Below are positions 1 to 9,402 of a DNA stretch of 64,000 nucleotides, piece by piece. This DNA is from a virus (lineage: Duplodnaviria; Caudoviricetes), in IMG/VR virus record IMGVR_UViG_2721755587_000001; one strand, given 5' to 3'. Below the pieces are notes generated by a model. That model was not told the DNA's origin and searched no databases. It saw nothing but the letters and a program-made list of their open reading frames with translations. Each line of letters begins with the position of its first letter. The stretch's first letter is position 1. The translations under genes were made by a program, and so were the position numbers.

Positions 1-4
1 AACC

Positions 5-421
5 GTGCATTCGAAGCTGAAGGAGCTGATCGGAATGCAGTCCGAAGGCGAATGGGATGACTCCATGATTGAGTCCGACGCGCGCAAGTTCACGGATGCA
101 TTGATGCCCATCCTGGCCGCAGAGCAGAGCAGCGAGGACATGCTTGAACGCCTTCGCAATCCGATGCCTCCATTCGGCATGCTAGTTCGCACGCTGCGAA
201 TCGTCTCCGGTTCGTTGCTCATGGATATGGCGAAAGACCTGCAACTCGCGCCCTCCGAACTTAGTGCATACGAATGTGGCAGGAAGCCCATCCCAGAAGA
301 ACTTCCGCGCCACGCCGCAAATTATTTTGAACGGGAAGGTATCGGAGGAACTTTGTCTGCTCTGAGCAGGGCGCGCCGAGTCAGCATCCGCGGCGCAATC
401 TCCAAAGGAGAGGGGAAGTGA
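5..421 (+). CDS. XRE-family HTH protein (true start may lie upstream)
   Basis: PFGMLVRTLR...MAKDLQLAPSELSAYECGRKPIP. Confidence 0.65.
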   Translation: MHSKLKELIGMQSEGEWDDSMIESDARKFTDALMPILAAEQSSEDMLERLRNPMPPFGMLVRTLRIVSGSLLMDMAKDLQLAPSELSAYECGRKPIPEELPRHAANYFEREGIGGTLSALSRARRVSIRGAISKGEGK

Positions 422-675
422 GCGACATACGACAACTACCCGCGCCACTCGAAACCAGCCGACCAGCGCCGAAGCGTATCGTGCGCCCGTGCGAATGGCA
501 GCTTGTCAGTGCCGTTCAAGCCCTGGAAACACAGATGGGCTCCGTTGAGGCTTACAACCGGCTGTGCGATGCGGCGCGGAACCTGAAGCAGAAGATAGAC
601 GCCGGCCAGGGCCATGCCCAGCACGCGATGTGGGCAACCGACCCGAAGTGGATTTATCCCGCAGGAGGGGAATGA
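418..675 (+). CDS. phage hypothetical protein
   Basis: GTGA overlap with upstream stop, AAAGGAG RBS. Confidence 0.6.
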   Translation: MSDIRQLPAPLETSRPAPKRIVRPCEWQLVSAVQALETQMGSVEAYNRLCDAARNLKQKIDAGQGHAQHAMWATDPKWIYPAGGE

Positions 676-676
676 G

Positions 677-1792
677 ATGAGCGCCATGACTGAGAGCGCA
701 GAGCGGCTGGAGCGCGAGGCTTTTGAGGCTTGGTTTGAAAGTTGGCGTCGCAGCACTTGGCGGCCGCTTCCGTCTGATCCTCGCATTGAGTGCCCGGCGC
801 ATTGGAACACTGCCGCAAGGTGGCATATGGAGATTGCATGGAAAGCCGCACGCCGAGCCCCAGCGGAGGCCAGGTCATCGGAGATAGAGAGCATGCTGGA
901 ACAGCCCGTACGCTTCGATTTTGAAGGTTTCCAGCGATCGTTATCAGCTACGGTCGTGGCGCGGAATTTGACGTGGAAGCAGGTCGCCGAGGAAACGGGG
1001 GTAAGCCAGACGACGTTAAGTCGGATAGCTCACGGACGGAAGCCTGATGGTCCTAGCCTCGCGGTGTTGATGTACTGGGCCAATCTGCCGTTGTGCGATT
1101 TGGTCAGTCTACCCGCCCCGAATATGGCGGGGGCATACGACCGGGAGGCTCAAGGGAGCCGGATGACTCGTATGCCCCAATATCAATTCAACGAAGACTG
1201 GGCGAAGCGCATGGGTGCTCATACGCCTCTTACCGAATGTTCGGTTCTAAGCTACGTGAATACACTTCTCGCCCAAGGGTTGGTACCCGCCTCGCGGCCG
1301 GCGTGCGCAGCCTGCGGAGGCAATGATGGCGACATTCCTTGCGCATACCCGGATGGCACGCATCGCAGTTGTCTCCGCGCTGAGCAGCATATCGCGGTAG
1401 AGCGTGGCGGCGATATTGCGGCTGGCCTGTTCCTGCGCACCAAAGGCAGCGGCTGGAAGGAAGTGCAAAAGACCTTCGCCGGGCAGCCGGACGTGGTGAC
1501 TCTGTATCACGCGGCGGGTTGGCCGAGCGCTACTGAGGCGCAACCCAGCGCCACAATGCGCGGCTCGCAGATCCCAGCCGGCCTCCAACACGGCGCGGGA
1601 GCCTATGCGCGCTGCTCGTACTGTGGTCGGTACTCAGACAACCCCAAATCCCTGTCGCGTGAGAGTTTTCCTTGCGACTGTGGGGAAACGCACGGCTGGT
1701 GCGGCTCGTTTGTGAAGCCCAACGCCGAATCGAAGTGGAGCGAGGCGGGCATCATGGCGCGCCCCGCAATTGCCAAAGGAGAAGCAGAGTGA
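677..1792 (+). CDS. mosaic phage protein with XRE HTH and Cys-rich modules
   Basis: LTWKQVAEETGVSQTTLSRIAHGRKP; CAACGG, CSYCGR, CDCG; start trimmed to the ATG after the RBS. Confidence 0.65.
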   Translation: MSAMTESAERLEREAFEAWFESWRRSTWRPLPSDPRIECPAHWNTAARWHMEIAWKAARRAPAEARSSEIESMLEQPVRFDFEGFQRSLSATVVARNLTWKQVAEETGVSQTTLSRIAHGRKPDGPSLAVLMYWANLPLCDLVSLPAPNMAGAYDREAQGSRMTRMPQYQFNEDWAKRMGAHTPLTECSVLSYVNTLLAQGLVPASRPACAACGGNDGDIPCAYPDGTHRSCLRAEQHIAVERGGDIAAGLFLRTKGSGWKEVQKTFAGQPDVVTLYHAAGWPSATEAQPSATMRGSQIPAGLQHGAGAYARCSYCGRYSDNPKSLSRESFPCDCGETHGWCGSFVKPNAESKWSEAGIMARPAIAKGEAE

Positions 1793-2295
1793 AGAAAACC
1801 GCTGTGGTTTCCGAGTGCGGCACTTACCGCTACCGGCTCGGCCGGCGCTGGGACGATGGCCCGGCTATGCTGTTCGTGATGCTCAACCCATCAACGGCAG
1901 ATGCCGAGCAGGACGATCCGACCATCCGAAAATGCATCGGGTTTGCCACGAGGAAAGGGTTTGGCGCTGTCGAGGTGGTCAACCTGTTCGGGTACCGCGC
2001 GACCAACCCCGCCGACCTGAAGGCGGCCGGCTATGACAGCGGGCCCGAAAACCAGCGTGCCATCACCGATGCGGTGCGCGAATCGATAGACGAGGGTGGC
2101 GCTATCGTCCTTGCCTGGGGAGCAAACGCGCGCGGACTAGCGGCTCCGGTAGTGGTGCAAGGCATTGTCCGTGGGATGGGCGCCAAGGCGCACGCACTGC
2201 GGCTGCTGGATGACGGCACGCCTGCGCATCCTCTTATGCTGCCATATTCGTGCGAACTGGTTGAGGTGGCCGGCGCTGGTGCCATGGTGGAGTAG
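1789..2295 (+). CDS. DUF1643 family protein
   Basis: YRYRLGRRWD, FVMLNPSTAD...DDPTIRKC, VNLF, AWG, HPL. Confidence 0.85.
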   Translation: MKKTAVVSECGTYRYRLGRRWDDGPAMLFVMLNPSTADAEQDDPTIRKCIGFATRKGFGAVEVVNLFGYRATNPADLKAAGYDSGPENQRAITDAVRESIDEGGAIVLAWGANARGLAAPVVVQGIVRGMGAKAHALRLLDDGTPAHPLMLPYSCELVEVAGAGAMVE

Positions 2296-2299
2296 CGCG

Positions 2300-2779
2300 A
2301 TGGCTGAGCAACTGAATCTTGATGAGCTGGAGCGGCTGGCGAAGGTGGCTACCGAGGACTTTCAGGCCCGCGTGCAGCCGTGGATGATGGCTTGCTTCGG
2401 CGCGGAGATCTCAGCCGATGCGCAGGAGCGCAACCATCGGTTCCTTGAGGAAGCACTAGAACTGGTGCAGGCGTGCGGCGCGACGCAAAGCGAGGCCCAC
2501 CAGCTGGTCGATTACGTCTACGGCAGGCCGGTAGGAGAGAAGGTACAGGAGGTCGGCGGAGTCATGGTGACGCTGGCAGCGCTGTGCCTGGCACAGGACC
2601 TGGACATGCACGCCGCCGGCGAGACTGAGCTCGCGCGCATCTGGACCAAGGTCGAGCAGATTCGGGCGAAGCAGGCAGCAAAGCCAAAGCACTCTCCGTT
2701 GCCGCAGCACGTTTCCGGGCTAGACATCTACAAGAGCGGCCGCTATTGGCTGAAGAAACCAATTCAAGAGATCGAATAA
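2300..2779 (+). CDS. MazG-like all-alpha NTP pyrophosphohydrolase-fold protein
   Basis: RFLEEALELVQA...QEVGGVMVTLAAL. Confidence 0.55.
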   Translation: MAEQLNLDELERLAKVATEDFQARVQPWMMACFGAEISADAQERNHRFLEEALELVQACGATQSEAHQLVDYVYGRPVGEKVQEVGGVMVTLAALCLAQDLDMHAAGETELARIWTKVEQIRAKQAAKPKHSPLPQHVSGLDIYKSGRYWLKKPIQEIE

Positions 2780-3339
2780 TGAAAAGCCCAACCTTTGCCC
2801 CAGCATACCTGTCGTATTTCCCCATGCTGGCGGAAGTAGCGCAGAAGCACGGCTATGCCCTGGCCGCGCACGGCAGCCTTGTTAGCGATTTCGACCTGGT
2901 AGCGATCCCTTGGAAGGCGGAGGCCTCGTCAGCCGAAGAGCTGATGCGGGCAATTGCCAAGTACGCAGACGCATGCATGGATCTGAAGGATGGCCACGGC
3001 GTGCCATTGCACGTGCGAGAGCGGAAACCGCACGGGCGCGTGTCCTGGTCCATCCAATTAGGCAATGGCGCGTACATCGATCTGAGCGTCATGCCGCTGC
3101 TTGCCACCCACTCCCCGTCTCCCGTGCAGTCACAGGCTCGGGCGTGCGGCTGCCACAAGTGCATCAGGGACAAGGACGACGCTTCTGGCATACCACTCGC
3201 ATTGACGCGCATGGTTCTCTGCCCGACCTGTGGAAACAAGCGGTGCCCACGCGCCTCCGACCACGACCGTGCATGTACTGGAAGCAATGAGCCTGGCCAA
3301 GAGGGGAGCATCTACCCCAGGCCGCATTTTCAAGACTGA
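2779..3339 (+). CDS. minimal nucleotidyltransferase-like protein with C-terminal Cys cluster
   Basis: HGSLVSDFDLVAIPW (GS-x-DxD), later YIDLSV; CHKC, CPTCGNKRCP. Confidence 0.5.
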   Translation: MKSPTFAPAYLSYFPMLAEVAQKHGYALAAHGSLVSDFDLVAIPWKAEASSAEELMRAIAKYADACMDLKDGHGVPLHVRERKPHGRVSWSIQLGNGAYIDLSVMPLLATHSPSPVQSQARACGCHKCIRDKDDASGIPLALTRMVLCPTCGNKRCPRASDHDRACTGSNEPGQEGSIYPRPHFQD

Positions 3340-4018
3340 CCTGGAGGTCCAAACCATGGATGCAGCAAGGCCACTACGGGTTTGCATACGATGCACTGGT
3401 CAGCACTCGGTGCAGCACTGCCCTTGGCCATCAGGAGATGACAAATAAAGGTTGGCGCAATCTAGTGCGGGGCTAAGTGAAAACACCTAGAAAATATATC
3501 TGCATGACGTTTTAATCACAAACAGGTGGTGTGCGCACTGCGGAAATATCGCCGGAAACCTAAGCGCCGTGCGGGTTTCCGGCCTGATTACCCATCCCGA
3601 TGCAAAACGCGCTGGCGCTTGGAAAAGGAGATTAGCAAATTTCTTCGCGCGCGCAACTATTTGATCGGAACGCCTTTTTGGGGCGTTTGCAGAGTGGTCG
3701 AAATGCCCTTAAAGTCATCTCCACACCGAATCAAACAAGGGGAGTCACCGTGAAACAACAGGGCAAGAGCGAACGCTATTCGAACTCTGCCCCGTCTGAC
3801 ATGCGGGGTGCCGACTACCCAAGGGACGGGAGAACGATGCTGCGTCGACCGCGCTGTCAGCGAGACTAGCCCCTGATCCTCCATTCGACCCGGTGCCGCA
3901 GCCTTGTAGCCTAGCCGGCAACTGGGCCCATCGCAGTTCGACGCATTGAAAAACTGCTGGAATCAATAGCCATATGTGGCGCATAATAGTTCGATGATGC
4001 TATCGAGGAGGGATTCGC

Positions 4019-4387
4019 TTGAGAACCAAAATCGCTCATATCGCGGCGCTAGCGGCAATGGGGACGCTTGCTCACCAGCAGCGAGAACCCCAGAGCGCGC
4101 CACTGCCAGCACCAGTACCGCCGCGCGTTGAAATCAACCCGGAGCGCGTTCGACAAGCCATTCATGTCGTATGCCTTAAGCGCATGGGAAAGACCGCCAC
4201 GTTCACCCGGGAGAACCTGCGTCGTCAGATCGAGTGGGTGCTGCCGCTGAGCGTGCCAGAACTCGCTCGCCTGCAGACTGACATCAACAAAATGGTTCAT
4301 GAGGTCATCACCACGCAGCGGGAGGCCGGGCGGGTTCGCCGCGTCAAGAAAGGGCTGTACCGCTGGGTCGGAGGGCCGTTGGAATGA
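4019..4387 (+). CDS. hypothetical protein, possible winged helix
   Basis: GAGGAGG RBS, TTG start; GRVRRVKKGLYRW. Confidence 0.55.
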   Translation: MRTKIAHIAALAAMGTLAHQQREPQSAPLPAPVPPRVEINPERVRQAIHVVCLKRMGKTATFTRENLRRQIEWVLPLSVPELARLQTDINKMVHEVITTQREAGRVRRVKKGLYRWVGGPLE

Positions 4388-4662
4388 AGGTGCGTGGGTT
4401 TGAGGTGCCTGTAGAGATCAAAGCCGCTGCCTTGGCGCGCATGGAACGCGGGCCTTTCGTGGTGGCAGAGATTGTGCCCTTGGTTAGGAAGATGCTGCCT
4501 CCGGACCTTAGAGCTGACTGCACGGTGTTCCGGTTGAGCCATAGCGAAATTGCTGATCGCATCGTTGATCGCATTTTGCAGGGTGAGAAGAAGGCCGGCC
4601 GAGTTGAGAAGACTGGCCTATACCGCACCGGTTCGCCCATCTGGCGGTGGGTGTCTGAATGA
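4384..4662 (+). CDS. hypothetical protein, possible winged helix
   Basis: ATGA overlap; ADRIVDRILQGEKKAGRV...WRW. Confidence 0.6.
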   Translation: MKVRGFEVPVEIKAAALARMERGPFVVAEIVPLVRKMLPPDLRADCTVFRLSHSEIADRIVDRILQGEKKAGRVEKTGLYRTGSPIWRWVSE

Positions 4663-4675
4663 TGAAGGCGAGAAA

Positions 4676-5065
4676 ATGACGTGTGACATAAGCGCCATGA
4701 GGGCAGCGGCAGAAGCCGCCATAGAGCATGGTGAAAAAATCGGCGAAACCGCCTGGTACGAGAAGGGCTCGCTGCAGGGCGTGACCTGCGACATCATCGG
4801 TGAAGACGATGACGCCCATATCGCGGGATGCTCGCCGGTAACGATCCTGGAATTGATCGCCAGGGTTGAGCGCGCGGAGGCAGCCGCCCGTGCATTGATT
4901 CACTGGTACAAGCCGGAAGTCGAAGGACTCAAGGCAGACTACCACCCCTATGACACGTTGATGATGCCCGTGGCCGACTTCGTCAAGGCTGAGATGGATT
5001 CGGGGCCTCAGGGACAACTCGACCTTTCCCCCGATCGAGGCAATACCGCACGGGTGGCGTCATGA
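4676..5065 (+). CDS. Ead/Ea22-like protein
   Basis: DAHIAGCSPVTILELIARVERAE. Confidence 0.6.
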   Translation: MTCDISAMRAAAEAAIEHGEKIGETAWYEKGSLQGVTCDIIGEDDDAHIAGCSPVTILELIARVERAEAAARALIHWYKPEVEGLKADYHPYDTLMMPVADFVKAEMDSGPQGQLDLSPDRGNTARVAS

Positions 5066-5580
5066 GGTTCAATTTCCGTTGCACCAATGTCGATGTTTGC
5101 CTGGCCATGGTCCAGCATTTCGTGGGGATAGGCGACGTGAACATTGCCTGTGCCGACATCTTCAGCGCAGGCCGTGCAGATGCGATCGTGAGCCCAGCAA
5201 ATAGCTACGGCTACATGGATGGGGGAATCGACCTGGTCTACATCCGGCGCTTCGGGTGGGATCTGCAGACGCGTCTGCAAATGTTGCTTAGGGAACGCCA
5301 CGGCGGTGTGCTGCCCATCGGCCAGGCCGTCGCAGTGCCGACCGGGGACCCCGAGATCCCGACCATGATCAGTTCGCCAACTATGGTGCGCCCTAGTCCT
5401 GTTCCGCTGTCTCAAAACGCCTACCTTGCGACCCGGGCCGCATTGCTTATAGCTCGGAAGTTGGGGGTTGAAATCCTGCTTGGCACCGGCATGTGCACGC
5501 TCACCGGCCGCATGGCTCCGGCAGAGAGTGCGGCTCAGATGCGGAAAGCGTGGGATGAGGTGATGGTGCGGCCGGTATGA
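5062..5580 (+). CDS. macrodomain (Appr-1-p processing family) protein
   Basis: ADI, ADAIVSPANSYGYMDGGID, SPTM, GMCTLTG. Confidence 0.9.
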   Translation: MRFNFRCTNVDVCLAMVQHFVGIGDVNIACADIFSAGRADAIVSPANSYGYMDGGIDLVYIRRFGWDLQTRLQMLLRERHGGVLPIGQAVAVPTGDPEIPTMISSPTMVRPSPVPLSQNAYLATRAALLIARKLGVEILLGTGMCTLTGRMAPAESAAQMRKAWDEVMVRPV

Positions 5581-5870
5581 CGGACCTGGAACTGATCGAG
5601 GCAGCAGCGCAGGCAGCTGGTTACGAGACGCAGCGGTACCGCGTGCGCGAGCTCGAAGTAGTGTACGTGCGCGAGGACGGCGGCGAGTGGGAGTACTTCG
5701 ACCCGCTACAGGACGATGCCCATGCTTTCCGCTTGATGGTCAGGATGGCACGGCGGGTAGCCAGCAATGGGGGCAATTTCTCGTGTGCTTTCGCTGAGGT
5801 TGATGGCGATCGTGCGAAGGTGCGTCGATCGCTCGCCACGGCTGTTGCTGGACGGAAGGGACTCCAATGA
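5577..5870 (+). CDS. phage hypothetical protein
   Basis: ATGA overlaps; FDPLQDDAHAFRL. Confidence 0.65.
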   Translation: MTDLELIEAAAQAAGYETQRYRVRELEVVYVREDGGEWEYFDPLQDDAHAFRLMVRMARRVASNGGNFSCAFAEVDGDRAKVRRSLATAVAGRKGLQ

Positions 5871-6142
5871 AGGTCGAGATGGGAAAGATCCCGATCACCA
5901 TTTCCCTGGACGCGCCGAAGGTCGGCGATGTGTTGCGCGCGAAGGGCGGCCGGGGAGATACGCGTTTCTGGCTAGTAGCCGCTGTCGCCAATCAGACCGC
6001 GCACGTTCTGGGTTTGGACCGCGAAGGGAACATCGTCAGCACTGCTAGTTACGGTGTTCATGCGCTCGCCGGCCGTGAGATAGTTGGCGCGGTCGAGGAC
6101 TTCGCGGAAATGCGCCTCAATATCAAATGGGAGACTGTCTAA
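5867..6142 (+). CDS. hypothetical protein
   Basis: ATGA overlap, RBS. Confidence 0.6.
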   Translation: MKVEMGKIPITISLDAPKVGDVLRAKGGRGDTRFWLVAAVANQTAHVLGLDREGNIVSTASYGVHALAGREIVGAVEDFAEMRLNIKWETV

Positions 6143-6201
6143 GATTCTGCGTCTCACGCAGAAACGGGTACGCCTTAACCCAAACCGGTGATGACGATTA
6201 C

Positions 6202-6242
6202 GGAAAGTTGCGCCGTTTGAGGCGCCCCCGGTATAACAGAAT
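6202..6242 (+). promoter_or_regulatory. late-promoter motif upstream of terminase
   Basis: GGAAAG-N29-CAGAAT. Confidence 0.6.
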
Positions 6243-6298
6243 GGTGGAGTTGATAACCACCGCTGGCGACTTCGACAGCGATATCGAATCCACGAGTA

Positions 6299-7813
6299 GT
6301 GCCGGCAGCAAAGACGCTTCCTGAAGACCCCCGCTGGCTGGGCTTTGTCGATCGCTATGCGTTCGATCTGACGCGCTTCGCAATTGAGGTGTGCGGGATG
6401 ACCTGCACACATCAACAGATCGACCTCTTCGAATCCATCAACCCGGCCGGCTCAAGGACGTCTGTTTCATCCGGACACGGCACCGGGAAGACGAGAGCCA
6501 TTGGTATCACGGCGTTGTGGCATCTGCTGTGCTACTTCCTCAGTAACACGATGCTGACCGCGCCGAAGATAGAGCAGGTCCGCAACACAGCTTGGAAGGA
6601 GATCACCGATATCAAGGACCTGGTCCGCGCCGGCCCGCATGGGTGGATAGCGGACTACTTTGAGGTCGAGGCTGAGCGCGTCTACGTAAAGGGCTACAAG
6701 CAGCAGTGGTTCATCATTGCCAAGACTGCCCCGCGCGGCTCGCCAGAGAATCTGGCGGGTATGCACCGGGACTGGTACCTGGTGATAGCCGATGAGGCCT
6801 CGGGCATCCCGGACAACAACTACACGGTGCTGACGGGCGCGTTGACAGATGCCCGCAACCGGATGTTGCTGACGAGCCAGCCGACGCGAAACGTGGGGTT
6901 CTTCTACGATACGCATCACTCCCTGTCGAAAGCGGAGGGTGGGCCGTGGAATGCCCTCGTTTTCAACTCGGAGGAATCGCCTCGGGTATCGGACGAGTTC
7001 ATTCGGGACAAGAAGCTCGAGTACACCGATGTGGAGTACCAGATCAAGGTGCTCGGCCGGTTCCCCGAGAACATGGACGGTTTTCTGCTGGGGCGCAGCC
7101 AGCTCGAGGCTTGCTTCGACAAGGAGGTAATCGGGGACGGCCTGCTTTATGGCTTTGTCGCTTCGGCTGACGTAGGGGCCGGCGAATACCGGGACAAATC
7201 GATTCTGGTGCTAGCGAAGGTGTCCGGCTATGGTGATTTCGGGCCGGACGCGAGACGGGTGCAGGTATTTGGTATCCCCATCATCACGAACACTCGAATC
7301 ATTCAGGACTTCACTGGTGACGTGTTTCACCAGGTCGCTGAAATTGAGAGCGCGACCACCCTGGTTGATGCCGGCGGCATGGGGGTGGCGGTCTGCCAGG
7401 GTTTAGAGACAAAGGGCTTGCCCAATGTCATACGGGTGAAGTGGGGTAATTCCTGCTTCGGTACGAAAAACAAGGAGCGCTTCTTCAATCTGCGCGCGCA
7501 GGCCATGGTGCATGCATCTCGGGCGGCCAAGGAAGGCCGGCTGGGCATTGTCTCAGGGCCCTGGCGCAAGGACATTCTGGATCAGGGGTCCCGCATCCCC
7601 TACCACTTTGATGAGAAGGCGCGCTATGTCATAGAGAAGAAGGAGGATATGCGGGCTGCCGGTATTCCATCTCCAGACATCTGGGACGCAATCTGTTTCC
7701 TATTCCTGGAAGACGCCAACTACATCATCGCTGAGTCAAGTTCGACTCCGGAGGTGGTGACGAAACGCGACGAGGCAAGGAAGGAGGCCGAGGATATGTT
7801 TGCGCATGCTTAA
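6299..7813 (+). CDS. pacB: terminase large subunit, P1 PacB-like
   Basis: Walker A SGHGTGKT, Walker B VIADEASG, nuclease ADVGAG, SPDIWDA. Confidence 0.9.
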   Translation: MPAAKTLPEDPRWLGFVDRYAFDLTRFAIEVCGMTCTHQQIDLFESINPAGSRTSVSSGHGTGKTRAIGITALWHLLCYFLSNTMLTAPKIEQVRNTAWKEITDIKDLVRAGPHGWIADYFEVEAERVYVKGYKQQWFIIAKTAPRGSPENLAGMHRDWYLVIADEASGIPDNNYTVLTGALTDARNRMLLTSQPTRNVGFFYDTHHSLSKAEGGPWNALVFNSEESPRVSDEFIRDKKLEYTDVEYQIKVLGRFPENMDGFLLGRSQLEACFDKEVIGDGLLYGFVASADVGAGEYRDKSILVLAKVSGYGDFGPDARRVQVFGIPIITNTRIIQDFTGDVFHQVAEIESATTLVDAGGMGVAVCQGLETKGLPNVIRVKWGNSCFGTKNKERFFNLRAQAMVHASRAAKEGRLGIVSGPWRKDILDQGSRIPYHFDEKARYVIEKKEDMRAAGIPSPDIWDAICFLFLEDANYIIAESSSTPEVVTKRDEARKEAEDMFAHA

Positions 7814-7921
7814 CCCCTCTTCATGGGGGGATGCGGTCAGACATAAGTGAGTCCAGAATACCCACCGATGGCTAAAAATAGTCGCCTAAAAACGGTGACA
7901 CAGACAAAAGCATAGGAGTTT

Positions 7922-8179
7922 TTGATGGATCAGAAGACGGACGACTCCCCCATCTATATCACCGGAGACGTGGCCAAGCCCATTCTCCTGGCTATCGAGA
8001 AGGTGGTTGCCAAGGCTGCAAAGGACGGGGTCAGCGCTAGTGTCGAGGAGGTCGGCGATACGCTTGCAGACGGGTTGAGCAACACCGACGAGGCAGGGCG
8101 TATTGAGATCCTCCGCGCAATATCGGAAATGCTGATTCACAACTTCGAAGGGTTCACGCTCAGGCCATCTGAGTGCTGA
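7922..8179 (+). CDS. hypothetical protein
   Basis: AGGAG RBS; followed by a terminator. Confidence 0.6.
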   Translation: MMDQKTDDSPIYITGDVAKPILLAIEKVVAKAAKDGVSASVEEVGDTLADGLSNTDEAGRIEILRAISEMLIHNFEGFTLRPSEC

Positions 8180-8244
8180 TCCGCTTCAAAGGATAGGGCG
8201 AGAGGGGTCTTACCTATCTGGCAGCAGCGAAAGAGCCTCGAGAC

Positions 8245-8268
8245 ATGAGCTTGGGGCTCATTTTTTTT
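8245..8268 (+). terminator. intrinsic terminator
   Basis: ATGAGC/GCTCAT stem followed by a T run. Confidence 0.65.
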
Positions 8269-8278
8269 GCCCCAAATA

Positions 8279-8331
8279 ATGCGTATATGGCTAAAAAAAT
8301 GCTTGATAAAATAGCCACATATGCATAATAT
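8279..8331 (+). promoter_or_regulatory. sigma70 promoter with two inverted operator-like sites
   Basis: TTGATA-17-TAATAT; ATGCGTATATGGCTA 8279-8293, TAGCCACATATGCAT 8312-8326. Confidence 0.7.
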
Positions 8332-8435
8332 CCAACCGTCACTTGTCAGGACTTCTAAGGGGAGACGGCTGATGGGCTTCAAGCATACCGCAACCGGGGA
8401 TACCGTCCCTGGGCTTGGAAACAGGAGGTAAGGCG

Positions 8436-8618
8436 ATGTTCCTTGCTTGCTTCATCAGTTCGCTCGCCCTTGCCCTTGTTGTCACCGCCATCACCAGGCC
8501 ACGCACTCTGAACAGCGCCGTCCTGGAGATCGGGGTCGTGACCGTGACAGCCCTGTTTTCGCTGTATTGCGCTGCAACGGCCTTTCACTGGGCCTTCCCG
8601 CATGCACCAGGTTTCTAG
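8436..8618 (+). CDS. small membrane protein (two hydrophobic segments)
   Basis: AGGAGG RBS, hydrophobic. Confidence 0.55.
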   Translation: MFLACFISSLALALVVTAITRPRTLNSAVLEIGVVTVTALFSLYCAATAFHWAFPHAPGF

Positions 8619-8641
8619 TCAAGCTCAGCAGGTAGAACAGC

Positions 8642-8866
8642 ATGAAGAAAGTCACCGGAACTAACGCCCGCGCCCGTTGCAAGCTGCAACCGCAATCAAT
8701 GCGCACCGAGCCGTATTACGTGAGCCATAACCAGGTCACCAAGGACGAACCGCGCCCTGGCTGGTACTGGCGGCGCGCAGCGCGGCTGAACGGAAGGCTG
8801 CTGTCGGTGCCCCACGGGCCGTATCTGCAGCAGTGCGAAGCAGCCTCGGCATCGCAGCGCGATTGA
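8642..8866 (+). CDS. hypothetical protein
   Basis: in operon; PGWYW...HGPY. Confidence 0.45.
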   Translation: MKKVTGTNARARCKLQPQSMRTEPYYVSHNQVTKDEPRPGWYWRRAARLNGRLLSVPHGPYLQQCEAASASQRD

Positions 8867-8869
8867 CCC

Positions 8870-9196
8870 ATGACTGACGATGCGTTGTACGCGAAGGCCG
8901 TCGCCGTGGTGCACGAACGCCAGATCGCATCTATCACCCTGGTCGAGCGCTGCCTGAAGATCCCCTACGCGGTAGCCATGTCCCTGATGGATCGGATGAG
9001 CCAGGAGACCACGTTTGTTCGCAGGCTCCCAACGGGGCTGTTCGAGTACACGGCAAATGCCCTGGCGGCAGAGAACGCAACGCTTCATAGGCGGGTACAG
9101 GATCTTGAAAGCCAACTCGGGATTTGTCGCGAGGCGCTAGCGGATGCCGAGCGAGAGCTCGCTGCTGCAAATCGGGAACTGTCATGCCATCGCTGA
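8870..9196 (+). CDS. stand-alone FtsK gamma-domain-like protein with coiled coil
   Basis: DDALYAKAVAVV...ASITLVERCLKIPYAVAMSLMDRM. Confidence 0.7.
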   Translation: MTDDALYAKAVAVVHERQIASITLVERCLKIPYAVAMSLMDRMSQETTFVRRLPTGLFEYTANALAAENATLHRRVQDLESQLGICREALADAERELAAANRELSCHR

Positions 9197-9402
9197 CGAC
9201 TGTGCCCACGAAAGGGGCCTATCAAGGCTTGTGCAACCGATCAGCCTGTCTTGCGCCTGGTGCGGACTGGTTTAACCGTGGCACCCGAGCCTACTACTGC
9301 GCTCACTGTGCCCAACTCATCAACACTGCGGCACATGGCGACCTCGATGCCGGGGAATTGCCGCTCTGTGCGCGCGTCACGGAAGAATCCAACAATGAAT
9401 GA
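9184..9402 (+). CDS. small Cys-rich phage protein
   Basis: CNRSAC...YYCAHCA. Confidence 0.6.
   Translation: MPSLTTVPTKGAYQGLCNRSACLAPGADWFNRGTRAYYCAHCAQLINTAAHGDLDAGELPLCARVTEESNNE

Noticed and set aside
3450-4018. Non-coding gap as a replication origin or ncRNA
   Set aside because: No iterons or convincing structure found; only a partial operator-like site
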